This document shows, in pieces, positions 1 through 11,212 of a stretch of 64,000 nucleotides of DNA. The position numbers were made by a program, and so were the translations under genes. Position 1 is the first letter of the stretch; every line of letters starts with the position of its first letter. The notes beneath the pieces are model-generated. The model had not been told where the DNA came from. It saw nothing but the letters and a program-made list of their open reading frames with translations, and did not search any database. The stretch covers positions 1 through 64,000 of the forward strand of contig CAWGKG010000017.1 in assembly GCA_963823035.1 (NCBI GenBank), read 5' to 3'. This stretch comes from an uncultured Gemmatimonadales bacterium. Lineage in GTDB: Bacteria; Gemmatimonadota; Gemmatimonadetes; Longimicrobiales; Gaopeijiaceae.

Positions 1-423
1 GGCTGGACGGCCCTGGCCTTCCTCGTCGTGGGCGGCGCCGACTTCGTGCTCACCTGGTACCCGCCCAACTTCGGCAACCGCGAGTGGGAGTTCGGGACGG
101 TCACCCAGAGCCTCAACGGGCTCCCCATCCTCGTCCTCGGGATCGCCCTCCTCCTGGCCGCATCCGTCCAGCTCGGGCGCCGGTGGTGGACCGCGGTGGC
201 CGCGGTCGCCGCCCTGGTGATGCTGGTGTGGGTCGCAGTGGGCGCCGTGCTATGGGCCACGAACGTTCCTCTGGCGCTCCGATCGGTGCCCGTCGAGCTC
301 GCGGCGGGGATCAAGAAGGCACTGGCCAAGACCGTCGTTCAGTCGGTCGTCTACCCGCTCATCCTGGCGTTCCTGCTCGTACGTGCCGCGGGCGCCCTCA
401 GGCAGGGCGACCGGCCGCGGTAG
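1..423 (+). CDS. Integral membrane protein, 5' partial (about 4 TM helices)
   Basis: Frame 1 is open from base 1 (GWTALAFLVVGGADF...) to TAG at 421-423, with alternating hydrophobic segments. Confidence 0.75.
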   Translation, partial: GWTALAFLVVGGADFVLTWYPPNFGNREWEFGTVTQSLNGLPILVLGIALLLAASVQLGRRWWTAVAAVAALVMLVWVAVGAVLWATNVPLALRSVPVELAAGIKKALAKTVVQSVVYPLILAFLLVRAAGALRQGDRPR

Positions 424-440
424 CGGCGTACCGTGATCGA

Positions 441-479
441 TGTGCGGTTCACGTCAATGGATGTGACAGAACCGCCACA
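441..479. promoter_or_regulatory. Putative enhancer (UAS) for a sigma-54 activator
   Basis: Imperfect inverted repeat TGTGCGGTTC...GAACCGCCACA, including TGT-N12-ACA at 462-479, about 85-120 bp upstream of the -24 box. Confidence 0.45.
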
Positions 480-562
480 CGTTCCGCGCACGGGGCCTGG
501 CCCGCCTCGGTAGAGCCACTGTGGCACAACGGCTCCTGCCGCGTGTTCACACGAGCCATGTC

Positions 563-578
563 TGGCCTGGAGATTGCA
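563..578 (+). promoter_or_regulatory. Sigma-54 (-24/-12) promoter of the PEP-CTERM gene
   Basis: TGGCCTGGAGATTGCA = GG-N10-GC with TTGCA, about 100 bp upstream of ATG 674. Confidence 0.7.
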
Positions 579-673
579 CTGGATTGAGCCTCGTTGGATT
601 GTGCCATCGCGCCACGGCTCCGGCGACCGCCGGATCGCGAGCGCGAGCCCCCTGGCAACAAGAAGGTATCGGT

Positions 674-1333
674 ATGGGGAAGTTCCGGACGTTGTGGGTG
701 GCTGTGGCCGTCCTCGCGGTGACGGCGAGGCCGGCGAGGGCCGACTGGTCCTGGAGTTGGACGAACGCCTGCGGCGGTGACAATTTCGTCACCTGCATGT
801 CGGGCGACATCCACTACGACCAGGCCCTCAAGAAGATCGCGGTGCACGTCACCAACCTCCCGACCGAGATGGACGTCTTCACGGCGGTCGGGCTGTTCAA
901 CCTGCCGGGCGGCGGGCCCACGTCGTTCACGTCGGGCGGCCTCGGCTGGATCGCCACCAACGGGATCAACGGTGGCGGCCTCCCCGGCTCGAACGCGACG
1001 CGGTACGCGATCGGAACCAACGGGATCGGCGGCGGCTTCAATGAGGCCGCCGGGGAGCAGACGTTCGCGTTCACATTCGGGTACGACCTGCAGATGTACA
1101 GCTCTTCGATCGGCGTGGGCATCCACGCTCAGGGTGGCCCGGCCGGCTGCTCGACGAAGATGGGCGTGACGTCCGCGGGCGGAGTCGCGAACAGCACGGC
1201 GCTGGATGCGGCCTGCACCACGACGACCACGGTGCCCGAGCCCGCGTCGATGTTCCTGCTCGGCACGGGTCTTCTCGGACTCGGCGTGGTGGGCTATCGC
1301 CGCCGCCGGAGCCCGGAGATCGAAACGGACTAG
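674..1333 (+). CDS. PEP-CTERM sorting-domain surface protein
   Basis: Signal peptide MGKFRTLWVAVAVLAVTARPARA; C-terminal TTTTTVPEPASMFLLGTGLLGLGVVGYRRRR (PEP motif, TM helix, basic cluster). Confidence 0.92.
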   Translation: MGKFRTLWVAVAVLAVTARPARADWSWSWTNACGGDNFVTCMSGDIHYDQALKKIAVHVTNLPTEMDVFTAVGLFNLPGGGPTSFTSGGLGWIATNGINGGGLPGSNATRYAIGTNGIGGGFNEAAGEQTFAFTFGYDLQMYSSSIGVGIHAQGGPAGCSTKMGVTSAGGVANSTALDAACTTTTTVPEPASMFLLGTGLLGLGVVGYRRRRSPEIETD

Positions 1334-1379
1334 TCTCGAGGGCGGCCCAGAAGCCGCCGGCGAACCCGAGCTTCCGTCT

Positions 1380-1421
1380 ACGGGGCGGACGGCCACCTGG
1401 CTGTCCGCCCCGTTTCGTCTT
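1380..1421. terminator. Intrinsic terminator hairpin between convergent genes
   Basis: ACGGGGCGGACGGCC-ACCT-GGCTGTCCGCCCCGT followed by TTCGTCTT. Confidence 0.7.
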
Positions 1422-1430
1422 CGCCGTCGC

Positions 1431-4142
1431 TCACCACCGCTCCACCACCTGTGTGAGCGACGGGCGGGCGAACTTCCGCTCGGCCTCGGCCACCACCCTT
1501 CGCACGTCGAGCACCGTGTCCGGTGTCACCGACATGGACGAGATCCCGCACTCGACCAGGAAGGGCGGCACCTCGTCCGGGTAGTCCGACGGTGCCTGGC
1601 CGCAGATGCCGATGTCCAGCCCACGCGTCCGGAACGCCCGCACCGCACGGCCGATCAGCACCCGCACGGCCGGGGAGCGCGCGTCCACGGCGGGCTCGTA
1701 GCGCTCCAGGTCGTCGCGCGACACCGCGTAGACCGTCTGCACCAGGTCGTTCGAGCCGATCGAGCCGCCCGAGAGGTGCATCGCGTCGATGAAGCGATCT
1801 GCCTCGATGACGTTCGACGGCAGCTCCACCATGAGGTAGAGGGGCACGCCTGCCTGGGGCGAAAGCCCGTGCTGATCGAGCCGCCGTACGACGCGGGCAC
1901 CCTCCTCCGGCGTCCGGCAGAAGGGCACCATGAGCTGGAGGTTGTCGAGCCCGAGACGCTGGCGCACCGTGCGCAGCGCGTCACACTCCATGTCGAACGC
2001 CGCAGCGAAGCGCTCGTCCACGTACCGGGACGCGCCGCGCCAGGCGATCATCGGGTTCTCCTCCTTGGGCTCGAAGATCCTCCCGCCCAGGAGCTCCCGG
2101 TACTCGTTGGACTTGAGATCGGAGAGGCGCACGAGCACCGGCCTCGGATGGAACGCCGCGCAGATGAGCGCCACGCCGTACCCGACCTGATCCACGAAGA
2201 ACTGCCTGCGGTCACCGTAGCCGGGGGTGCGCCTCTCGATCGCGCCGAGCAGCGTCCGCAGCTCGTGCGGGTCCTCGGCCTGGAGCCGCTCGTGGAAGGG
2301 TGCGAGCTCGGGCGCGAGCACGCCGTCGTCGGCGAATGCGCGCAACTCCTCGAAGTACGCCAGCGCCAGCGGGTGGATGCCCACTTGCGCCGTGAGGATG
2401 AACTCGAGGCGCGCCAGCCCGACGCCGTCCGACGGGAGCATGGCGTCGTGCAGCGCCTTCCCCGGGAAGCCGACGTTGAGCTTCACGGCCGTATGTGTGG
2501 CCGGTAGGTCCTCCCCCACGATCTCCTCTACGTCGAACGGCTGGATGCCGCGGAAGACCAGCCCGACGTCGCCCTCGGCGCACGAGCCCGTCACCTCCAT
2601 GAGCGGCTCCAGGACCGTGGTGGCGTCCGGGCAGCCCACGATGGCAGGGATGCCGAATTCGCGGGCCACGATCGCCGCGTGGGAGGTGCGCCCTCCCTTC
2701 TCGGTCACGATGAGGGAGGCCTCCTTCATCATGGGCTCCCAGTCGGGCGTGGTGAGCTCCGTCACCAGGACGTCGCCCGGGTCGAACACCCGCTCCTCGG
2801 CGGGCACTTCCTCCAGGCGCTCGCCGCCCGCCAGGCGGCTCCGCAGCTCCCGCTTCCTGACGATGACCTCGTCGTAGTCGCGGTATACACGCACCCGTCC
2901 GGCGCCGATACGATTCCCGACGGCGTGCCCCTTCAGCAGGACGCCGTCGGTGGCCACGAGCTCGCGCACGAGGCTCGGGGACATGCGGTAGCGGAGCATC
3001 GTCGCGGACGACGGGCGATGCACGGTCTCGGGACGCGCCTGCACCACGAAGAGGTCACCCGAGTAACCGTCCTTCGCCCACTCGATGTCGACCGGCCCGC
3101 CGTAGTGGTCCTCGATGGCCAGCGCCATGCACGCGAGCTCGATCGCCTCGTCGTTCGTGATCGACCACTGGCGCTGGTGGCTCGCGTTCACGTCCACGCT
3201 CTCCGTGGCCGTGCCGCCCTGCATCGAATAGACGAGCTTGCGGTCCTTGGCGCCCAGGCTCCGGTGCACCACGGCCGGGCGCCCACGTCGGATGCCCTCC
3301 TTCCAGACCACGATGGTGTCGGGCGACACGCTGCCCTGCACGACCAGCTCGCCGAGCCCGTACGCGGAGGTCAGGTGGATCACGTTCGTATTCCCCGAGT
3401 CGGGGTCGAGCGTGAACATCACCCCCGAGGAGGCGAGGTCCGAGCGCACCATCTTCATGATCACGACGCCCAGCCCGGACGCCAGCGGGTCCATCCCCCG
3501 CCGGATCTGATAGCCGAGCGCGCGCTCCGTGAACGCCGACGCGCAGCACATCCTCCACGCCTCCAGCACCGCGTCGATGCCGCGCACGTTGAGGTAGGAC
3601 TCGTACTGCCCCGCGAAGGAGGCGACCTCCGAGTCCTCGCAGGTGGCGGACGAGCGCACGGCGAGGTCCACCTCGGTGCCGTACAGGTCGGTGAGGCGCG
3701 CGTGCGCCTCGCGGATGGACTCGGCCACCAGGGTCGGCAGGGGGGTGCTCCCCACCAGCGTCCGTCCGAGCGTGGCGCGCGCATGCAGTCCGAGCTGATC
3801 CGAGGCATCCACGTCGCGGAAGATCCGCTCGAGGGCCTCGCGCAGTGTCGCGGAGCGCAGCGCGTCCGGCGCGCAGGCCCGCTCCTCCGCCGGCACGGCA
3901 TCCCACGTGTCGGCCGGCACCGCGGCGTCGAGGAAGGCGGTGTAGGCGTCGACGGTCGTCGCGAAGCCGTTCGGGACGCGCACGCCCCGGTCCGCCAGGG
4001 ATTGGAACATCTCACCCAGCGACGCGGCCTTCCCGCCTACGCGGGATACGTCGGTCGCGGCAGGCTCTTCGAACCAGGCGACCAGCGTCTCCGGACCTCG
4101 AGCGTGGCGCCGCGAGAAGATCACCGACTCGGGAACCGTCAC
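1431..4142 (-). CDS. ppsA: Phosphoenolpyruvate synthase (pyruvate, water dikinase)
   Basis: VGGKAASLGEM, AVRSSAT, SFAGQYES, DIEWA, phospho-His motif GGRTSHAAIVARE, GVGLARLEF, SIGSNDL, ICGQAPSD; start codon uncertain (GTG 4142 chosen). Confidence 0.92.
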   Translation of the reverse strand: MTVPESVIFSRRHARGPETLVAWFEEPAATDVSRVGGKAASLGEMFQSLADRGVRVPNGFATTVDAYTAFLDAAVPADTWDAVPAEERACAPDALRSATLREALERIFRDVDASDQLGLHARATLGRTLVGSTPLPTLVAESIREAHARLTDLYGTEVDLAVRSSATCEDSEVASFAGQYESYLNVRGIDAVLEAWRMCCASAFTERALGYQIRRGMDPLASGLGVVIMKMVRSDLASSGVMFTLDPDSGNTNVIHLTSAYGLGELVVQGSVSPDTIVVWKEGIRRGRPAVVHRSLGAKDRKLVYSMQGGTATESVDVNASHQRQWSITNDEAIELACMALAIEDHYGGPVDIEWAKDGYSGDLFVVQARPETVHRPSSATMLRYRMSPSLVRELVATDGVLLKGHAVGNRIGAGRVRVYRDYDEVIVRKRELRSRLAGGERLEEVPAEERVFDPGDVLVTELTTPDWEPMMKEASLIVTEKGGRTSHAAIVAREFGIPAIVGCPDATTVLEPLMEVTGSCAEGDVGLVFRGIQPFDVEEIVGEDLPATHTAVKLNVGFPGKALHDAMLPSDGVGLARLEFILTAQVGIHPLALAYFEELRAFADDGVLAPELAPFHERLQAEDPHELRTLLGAIERRTPGYGDRRQFFVDQVGYGVALICAAFHPRPVLVRLSDLKSNEYRELLGGRIFEPKEENPMIAWRGASRYVDERFAAAFDMECDALRTVRQRLGLDNLQLMVPFCRTPEEGARVVRRLDQHGLSPQAGVPLYLMVELPSNVIEADRFIDAMHLSGGSIGSNDLVQTVYAVSRDDLERYEPAVDARSPAVRVLIGRAVRAFRTRGLDIGICGQAPSDYPDEVPPFLVECGISSMSVTPDTVLDVRRVVAEAERKFARPSLTQVVERW

Positions 4143-4418
4143 GGGAGGGGGCGGGCTCGACGGGTCGGGAAGGGGATCGGGGCTGGAAGGGGCGGAGGAT
4201 GTCCAGAGGAGCATCCGGGCTCTCCGATGCGGATGTGGCACAATTTGTGGTCGTTTCACCACACGAAGCGCACACAGCCGTGGCGGACCGCGCCTGCCCC
4301 CCAATCGAGCGCTGGTCAGGGGATCCCCGAGGGCGTCCCTGAAATCAGGACGTTCCTGCGGTTTTCCCGACTCCGCGGCCGCGCCCTCGGACACGCACGA
4401 TCCGTGCCCGTTCGGGGG

Positions 4419-5681
4419 TCACTCCAGCCGGTCCACCCTACGCAGCGTCGGAAAGAGGCGGGCCCAGACCCCCGTCACGGCCAGGGAGGCAACCCCGCCG
4501 AAGACGGCGGCCAGCACGGGGCCGAAAAGGCGCGCCGTGACGCCGCTCTCGAACTCACCGAGCTCGTTCGACGCACCGATGAAGAGGAAGGACACCGAGG
4601 CCACCCGCCCGCGCATGGCGTCGGGCGTGACGATCTGGATCAGCGTCTGGCGGACGTACACGGACACCATGTCCGCGCCGCCCAGCGTGGCGAGCGCGGC
4701 CATCGATAGCCAGAAGGACCTCGAGAGACCGAAGACGATCGTCGCGACGCCGAACACCGCCACGCCGGCGAACATGGCGAAGCCCGCGCGACGGTACACC
4801 GGCCGGCTGGCCAGGAACAGGGCCACCACGGCCGCCCCGACGGCAGGCGCCGAGCGCAGGAGGCCGAAGCCCTGCGCCCCGACGTGCAGGATGTCGCGCG
4901 CGAAGACGGGAAGGAGCGCGGTGGCACCTCCGAGCAGGACGGCGAAGAGGTCGAGGGAGATCGCCCCGAGCACGATCTTGTTGTCGCGGATGTAGGCGAT
5001 GCCCTCACGCACGCGCTCCAGACGCGACCCGTACACGACCTGGGGCGTGGTCGGCCGCCTGATGAAGGCGAGACCCACGATCGGCACGAAGTAGAGCGCG
5101 AGGCTCACCCCGTAGGCGAACGCCGAAGACCGGTGTCCGACCAGGAACCCGGCCAGCGCCGGGCCCGTGATCGTCCCGATCTGGAAGGCCAACGAGTTCC
5201 AGGCGATGGCGCGCGGCAGCAGCGCTTTGGGCACGAGCATCGGGGCCAGCGCGACGCCGGCCGGCGCCCGGAAGGCGCGTGCGATTCCGAACGCGAAGGC
5301 GATGCCGATCAGGACGTGCACCGTGAGCACCCCCGCCAGCGCCGTGATCACCAGCGCCCCGGCGCATACGGCCTCGGCGGCGAAGCAGAGCGAGAGGACC
5401 GTCTTGCGGGCGTAGCGGTCGGCGACCACCCCCGCGGGGAGCGCGAGGAAGAAGAGCGGGAGGAAGGTCGCCAGGCCGAGGAAGCCCACGTAGAGCGCGG
5501 ACTCGGCCACGCCCCGGTCGGCGCGCGCCAGGTCGTAGACCTGCCAGCCCATGACGACGCTCTGCGCGACCGTCCCCAGCACGCCGAAGGCACGCGTCAC
5601 CAGGTAGACCATGTAGTCGCGCTCCCGGAGCAGGGCGCGGGCGCTGCTGTCCGTGCGGCTCTTTCCGACGGTGTCGGTCAA
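4419..5681 (-). CDS. MFS transporter (EntS/DHA3-like)
   Basis: About 12 TM segments; [10 protein letters not shown] loop motif; [20 protein letters not shown]. Confidence 0.88.
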   Translation of the reverse strand: MTDTVGKSRTDSSARALLRERDYMVYLVTRAFGVLGTVAQSVVMGWQVYDLARADRGVAESALYVGFLGLATFLPLFFLALPAGVVADRYARKTVLSLCFAAEAVCAGALVITALAGVLTVHVLIGIAFAFGIARAFRAPAGVALAPMLVPKALLPRAIAWNSLAFQIGTITGPALAGFLVGHRSSAFAYGVSLALYFVPIVGLAFIRRPTTPQVVYGSRLERVREGIAYIRDNKIVLGAISLDLFAVLLGGATALLPVFARDILHVGAQGFGLLRSAPAVGAAVVALFLASRPVYRRAGFAMFAGVAVFGVATIVFGLSRSFWLSMAALATLGGADMVSVYVRQTLIQIVTPDAMRGRVASVSFLFIGASNELGEFESGVTARLFGPVLAAVFGGVASLAVTGVWARLFPTLRRVDRLE

Positions 5682-5821
5682 CGGGGCTCCGTTCTCGTGT
5701 GCACCGAAGGGCATCCGGGCAGGACAAGGTGGCGAGGGTGGCGACTGGCGTCACCTCCCCGCTGTCGCCACCCTTTCTGGCTCAGCGGGCAGGCAATCTA
5801 CTCCCCGGTACGGAGCGACAC

Positions 5822-7063
5822 GTGGCGAAGAAGAAGGTGGTTCTCGCGTACAGCGGCGGTCTGGACACGGCGTGCATCCTGAAGACGCTCCTCCAGCGCG
5901 ACTACGACGTCGTCGCATACGTCGCCGACGTGGGCCAGCGCGAGGATTTCGACGAGGTCGCCCAACGGGCACGCGCCACCGGCGCGAGCAAGGTCTACGT
6001 CGAGGACTTGAAGCGCGAGTTCGTGACCGACTTCATCTTCCCCGCCATCGCCGGCAACGCCGTGTACGAGAACCGCTACCTCCTCGGCACGTCGCTCGCC
6101 CGTCCGGTGATCGCGCGCCGCCAGGTGGAGATCGCGCTCGACGAGCATGCCGACGCCGTCGCGCACGGCGCCACCGGGAAGGGCAACGACCAGGTACGCT
6201 TCGAGCTCGCCTTCGCCGCGCTGGCTCCGCAGCTCGAGATCATCGCGCCGTGGAAGGAGCGCGAGTTCCTCAACCGATTCCGGGGGCGCCGCGATCTTCT
6301 CGAGTTCGCGCGCGAGAACGGCATTCCGGTGGAGGCCACGGTGGAGAAGCCGTTCTCGAGCGACGAGAACCTGATGCACCGCTCCTACGAGGCCGGAATC
6401 CTCGAGGACCCGGGCTCGCCGCCCCCGGCGGACATGTACAAGCTGGTACGGCCGTTGCACGAGACGCCCGACGAGCCCAGCGACGTCGTCGTCCACTTCG
6501 AGGACGCCGTGCCGGTGCGCGTGGAGAACACGGCGGCCGGCGTGGAGCACACGGATCCGGTGGAGCTGTTCAACTACCTGAACGAGGTGGCCGGGCTCCA
6601 CGGTGTCGGACGCATCGACATGGTCGAGAACCGCTTCGTGGGCATCAAGTCGCGTGGCGTGTACGAGACGCCGGGTGGCACGGTGCTCCACCACGCCCTG
6701 CGCGACCTCGAGGGGCTCGCGATGGACCGGGAGGTGCTCCGCCTGCGCGACATGCTGTCGCCGCGCTTCGCCGAGATCATCTACAACGGGTTCTGGTTCA
6801 GCCCGGAGATGGACTTCATCCAGGCGGCCTTCAGGCAGTCGGAGAAGCTCATCACCGGCACCGTGAACCTGCGCCTCTTCAAGGGCAACGTGATCTCGAT
6901 GGGGCGGACGTCGTCGAGCGCGCTGTACGACAAGGAGCAGTCGTCCATGGACGTGGCGGGCGGGTACGACCAGGAGGACGCACGCGGCTTCATCCGCATC
7001 AACGGCCTGCGGCTGCGCGCCCACAAGCTCATCCTCCGAAAGACCGGAGAGGACGAGGCGTAG
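5822..7063 (+). CDS. argG: Argininosuccinate synthase
   Basis: [54 protein letters not shown]. Confidence 0.97.
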   Translation: MAKKKVVLAYSGGLDTACILKTLLQRDYDVVAYVADVGQREDFDEVAQRARATGASKVYVEDLKREFVTDFIFPAIAGNAVYENRYLLGTSLARPVIARRQVEIALDEHADAVAHGATGKGNDQVRFELAFAALAPQLEIIAPWKEREFLNRFRGRRDLLEFARENGIPVEATVEKPFSSDENLMHRSYEAGILEDPGSPPPADMYKLVRPLHETPDEPSDVVVHFEDAVPVRVENTAAGVEHTDPVELFNYLNEVAGLHGVGRIDMVENRFVGIKSRGVYETPGGTVLHHALRDLEGLAMDREVLRLRDMLSPRFAEIIYNGFWFSPEMDFIQAAFRQSEKLITGTVNLRLFKGNVISMGRTSSSALYDKEQSSMDVAGGYDQEDARGFIRINGLRLRAHKLILRKTGEDEA

Positions 7064-7113
7064 GAGGGCGCAGACCACGGGCCACCCGGCCATCTTCATC
7101 CACGGAGCGTGAA

Positions 7114-8824
7114 GTGCTTTTCGCGGTGCTCGCCGTAGCCGGCCTCTCGCTGGCGCCCCCGGCGCCGGTCCAGGAGGACTCGCTGGACGCCATCCGGCAC
7201 GTCGAGCGGCTCTTCCGTCAGCGCTACGGCCGCGACGGGCAGCGTCCGTGGATGGACCGGGGCGGGCGCGCCACGGACGCCCTGGGGCGAGCCTTCGAGC
7301 GGCGCTGCGACGGCGACCGCGACGACCGCTGCTACGCCGGCGATCCCGACGCGGGGAAGTGCCCGAACTTCGTGCAGTGCCACCCGTCGCCCAACCGCCT
7401 GATCGAGGTACTGACCAAGGCTACCGAGAGCCACCCGGCGTCCGGGTACCTGGCGGGCCAGGCCGTGTACCTCCTCGTGAAGCTGGATTTCCTCCCGGAC
7501 GCCATGAAGGTGGTGGACCGCTGCGAGGCGGCGCGCTGGTGGTGCGACGCCCTGCGCGTCTACGTCCTGCACGCCGAGGGCGACGACGCCCAGGCCGAGG
7601 TCCTTCTCGATCGCGCCCTCGAGGTGGCTCCGGACTCGGTCTCCTGCCGCTACGACGACGCGACCTGGCTGCTCGGACGCTGGAGCCAGCGCAGCGGCCG
7701 GCTGTCCGTGCCCGGACGCGTGGAAGGAAACCGAAGGGTGGGACTGCGCGCGGAGGCTCGCGGTCTCCGACACGATCTGGTGGCTGTCGGACCCGCTCTA
7801 CACCCGGCCGGGGAACAGCCGCCGCGTGGAGCACTTCGCGCGCTCGATGTCCGCGCGCTTCTACGACGAGATCCGACGCTCCCTTCCGGGGTCGCCGGGG
7901 CCGCCGGGCTACCTCGACCACCTGTGGGCCGGACGCGTGCGTCGTGGGCCCGTGGACTCCTACGACTCCCAGATGGGCACCGAGTGGACCAGCGGCTACG
8001 CGGCCCGCTACCACTTCGTGCCGGACATGGATCTGGCGGACACGTCCCATCCGGTATGGAGCCTGCAGGCCGATCTCGAGGACGAGGGCTACACACCCGA
8101 CCTCGGTCCCTTCCTGCCCATTCCCTGGCAACTCGCGCGCTTCCGGGCCGCGGATTCCCTGCGCTTCGCCGTGGCGACCCGCACCACGGGCTCTCCGCTG
8201 GCGGGCGCGCTCGACACCAACGTGTCGTTCGTGCTCACCGACGGACCGGGCAGCACGCCCCTGCTCCTGTCCGCGGACGTCGAAGGTCCGCGCACGCGCT
8301 TCCTGGGCCAGGCGGCCGCGCGTGACTACGTCGCGAGCCTGGAGGTCGTGACCTCCAAGGGGGTCGGATGGGCTCGGCGCGTGGTGGAGCCGCTGCGCGC
8401 GGCCGGGCCCGAGCTGTCCGACCTCCTCCTCTACGACCCGCCGACCCCCGAGGAGCCCACGGGCCAACGGGCCGCCACCTCCGCGATGCTCGGCTCGACC
8501 ACCGTCGCGGCCCACTCGAGCGTCGGCGTCTACTGGGAGACGTACGACGCCCCACCCGGCACGTCGCTCCAGATCGAGCTGACGGTCGAGCGCGAGTCGG
8601 GCGGCCTGGTCGACCGCCTGCGGAGCCTCCTCCCCGGCGGTCCGGAGGAGGGGCGCGGCCGGATCGGCTGGACGGACGAGGCCACGGCGGCCACGTCCCC
8701 CGGGTCGATCGTGGTCGACCTGAGCGACCTCGGCGATGGCGACTACACCATGGTCCTGCGCGTCGGCTGGCCGGGTCAGCCCCCGATCGAGCGGAGAAGG
8801 GAGCTGACGATTGTCTCCGACTGA
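7114..8824 (+). CDS. Secreted hypothetical protein (Cys-containing helical N-terminus, beta-rich C-terminus), frameshift near 7715
   Basis: Signal peptide VLFAVLAVAGLSLA in the frame of ORF 5653; continues as DAWKETEGWDCARRLAVSDTIWWLSDPLY... in the frame of ORF 7826..8824. Confidence 0.6.
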
Positions 8825-9900
8825 GCCGGCGGTCCGTCCGCGCCGGGTCGGTTGCCTCGACTGGAAATCCGCGGTGGGGCTGGCGATCAGCGCCGCTCTC
8901 CTCTACTGGGTCTTCCGGGGGCAGGACCCCGCGGTGATCCTGGGCCACATCGCCGCCGCGCGGCCGCTGCCCTTCGCCTTCGCCATCTTCGCGGCCACGT
9001 TCGTATTCGCGATCCGCGCCTGGCGCTGGCGGGTGATCCTGGAGCCCACCGGGGTGCCCACGTCCTTTCGCTCGCGCTTCGCCGCCACCGCGATCGGCTT
9101 CATGGGCAACAACCTGATCCCGCTACGCGTCGGCGAGTTCATGCGCGCCTTCGCACTCGCCCGGGTCACGCCCGTGCCCGTGGCGGCAGCCTTCTCGTCG
9201 CTCGTGATCGAGCGGCTGCTCGACGGCGCCTGCGTCGTGGGATTCCTCTTCGTGTCGATGACCCTCCCCGGCTTTCCGGGGCTCTTCTCCGAGGGCGAGG
9301 TCTACACCTCGGTCGCGCGCGGCATCGCGACCGCCGTGGCCGCCGCGTTCGCCCTCCTCTTCGCCTTCGTGGTCTGGCCGAAGCCCACGGTCCGACTCAC
9401 CGAGCGGCTCGTGCTCTTCCTGCCGCAGCGCGTGCGGCGACCGATCGTCGACGCGCTCGAGGCGTTCCTCGCAGGGCGCCGGCATCCTGCGCAGTCCGCT
9501 GATCCTGCTGCACTCGGTGGCCTGGTCCGTCGCGCACTGGATGGTCAACGCGCTCGGCTTCTGGTTCGCCTTCCGCGCGTTCGGAATGGACCTGAACTAC
9601 ACGGCCGCGCTCTTCTTCCAATCCGTGGTCGCCATCGCCGTGTCCGTGCCCTCGGCGCCCGGCTACTTCGGCCCGTTCGAGGCGGCCGCCACGGTCGTGC
9701 TCTCCAGGATGTGGGGCGCCCCGGTCGACCGGGCCAGCGCGCTCGCCATCGGCTTCCACGTGGCCACCTTCATCCCCATCACGCTGATCGGCCTCTACTA
9801 CGCGCGCGCCATCGGCTTCTCGCTCAGGGAGGCCGAGACGAGCGAGGAGGCCGTGGAGACGGCGGTCGAGGGGTCGAGCGGGACGGAGTGGCCCGGGTAG
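8811..9900 (+). CDS. Lysylphosphatidylglycerol synthase TM / flippase-like protein (UPF0104), frameshift near 9475
   Basis: RAWRW, IGFMGNNLIPLRVGEFMRA, ERLLDG, VPSAPGYFGPFE; split between ORFs 8811 and 9517. Confidence 0.85.
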
Positions 9901-9999
9901 GGAGCGCGCCACAGCTACGGTTGCGGGCGCGAGGGCAGTACCTTTTCGTACGGTCCGCCCCCTGCCCTCCGCACGATCACGCAACCGCGAGCACCGAGC

Positions 10000-11199
10000 A
10001 TGAGCCCGTCCGATCGCAGCCGCTTCCCGGCCGCCCGCATCCCCTACGGCACGTGGGGGAGCAGCTACTTCCCGGCGTGGCAGACGTCCGCGCTGGCCGA
10101 GGTGAACATCGGCCAGTTCGCGGGGGAGTCGATGGCCCGCATCCTGAGCCTGCGCGGGGTCCCGATCAGCGCGCTCGAGTACCTGATCCTGGGCTCCACG
10201 ATCCCCTGGCACTGGAAGTTCTGGACCGCGCCCCTGGTGGCGAGCTGCATGGGGCATCGCATCCCCGGCTACCACGTGGAGCAGGCGTGCGCGACGGGTC
10301 TCCAGGCCGTGCTGGCGGGGAGCGCGGAGATCGAGTCGGGCGCCAACGACGTCGTGGGCGTGCTGACGTTCGACCGCACCAGCGACTCGCCCGTCGGGGT
10401 GTTTCCCGAACGGCGCGCGCACGAGCGCACGATGGCGATCACCGACGTCTGGGACAACTTCGGTTTCGACCCGGCCACCGGGAAGGCGATGATCACGGCC
10501 GCCGGGATCACGGCGCGCAAGTACGGGGTGACGCGCGAGGAGGTCGACGACGTGGCCTATCTCCGCCATCAGCAGTACTTCGACGCGAAGGAGTCCGGCT
10601 TCCTCGATCGCGTGCTCGTTCCCTTCGACGTCCTGAACGTCCAGGGCCGGCAGCTCGGCCGCGTCGACGACGACCTGGGCGTGCGCCGGCTCACGCCCGC
10701 CACGCTGCGCGCGCAGCGCGAGCTCGACACCTGCGTCACCAGCGGCACGCAGACGCACGCCTCGGACGGGATGGCGGCGCTCCTCGTCACCACCGAGGAG
10801 AAGGCGAAGGAGCTCTCTCCACGCCCAGAGATCGACATCCGCATCGTGGGGAAGGCCGAAGCGCGCACGCAGCCGAGCCTCATGCCGGAGGCGCCGGCGC
10901 TGGCGGTGCGCAAGCTCCTGGACCGCGTGGGCGTCGCGCTCGACGACGTGACCGTGATCAAGAACCACAACCCCTTCGCCGTGAACGACGTGGTGTTCTC
11001 GCGCGTGACCGGATACGACTGGCGCGAGATGAACCGCACCGGGTGCTCGCTGGTGTGGGGCCATCCCCAGGGGCCGACGCTGACCCGGCTGCTCATCGAG
11101 GCGCTGGAGGAGACGGTCGATCGCGGCGGCGGCTACGCGCTCGTGTTCGGGTGCGCCGCGGGGGACGTGGGGATCGCTTCGCTGTTCAAGGTTTCCTGA
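10000..11199 (+). CDS. Thiolase family protein (atypical HNPF variant)
   Basis: EQACATG nucleophile Cys, SDGMAA, KNHNPFAV, WGHPQGPT, FGCAAG. Confidence 0.88.
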   Translation: MSPSDRSRFPAARIPYGTWGSSYFPAWQTSALAEVNIGQFAGESMARILSLRGVPISALEYLILGSTIPWHWKFWTAPLVASCMGHRIPGYHVEQACATGLQAVLAGSAEIESGANDVVGVLTFDRTSDSPVGVFPERRAHERTMAITDVWDNFGFDPATGKAMITAAGITARKYGVTREEVDDVAYLRHQQYFDAKESGFLDRVLVPFDVLNVQGRQLGRVDDDLGVRRLTPATLRAQRELDTCVTSGTQTHASDGMAALLVTTEEKAKELSPRPEIDIRIVGKAEARTQPSLMPEAPALAVRKLLDRVGVALDDVTVIKNHNPFAVNDVVFSRVTGYDWREMNRTGCSLVWGHPQGPTLTRLLIEALEETVDRGGGYALVFGCAAGDVGIASLFKVS

Positions 11200-11212
11200 G
11201 GAGTCGCCGACC

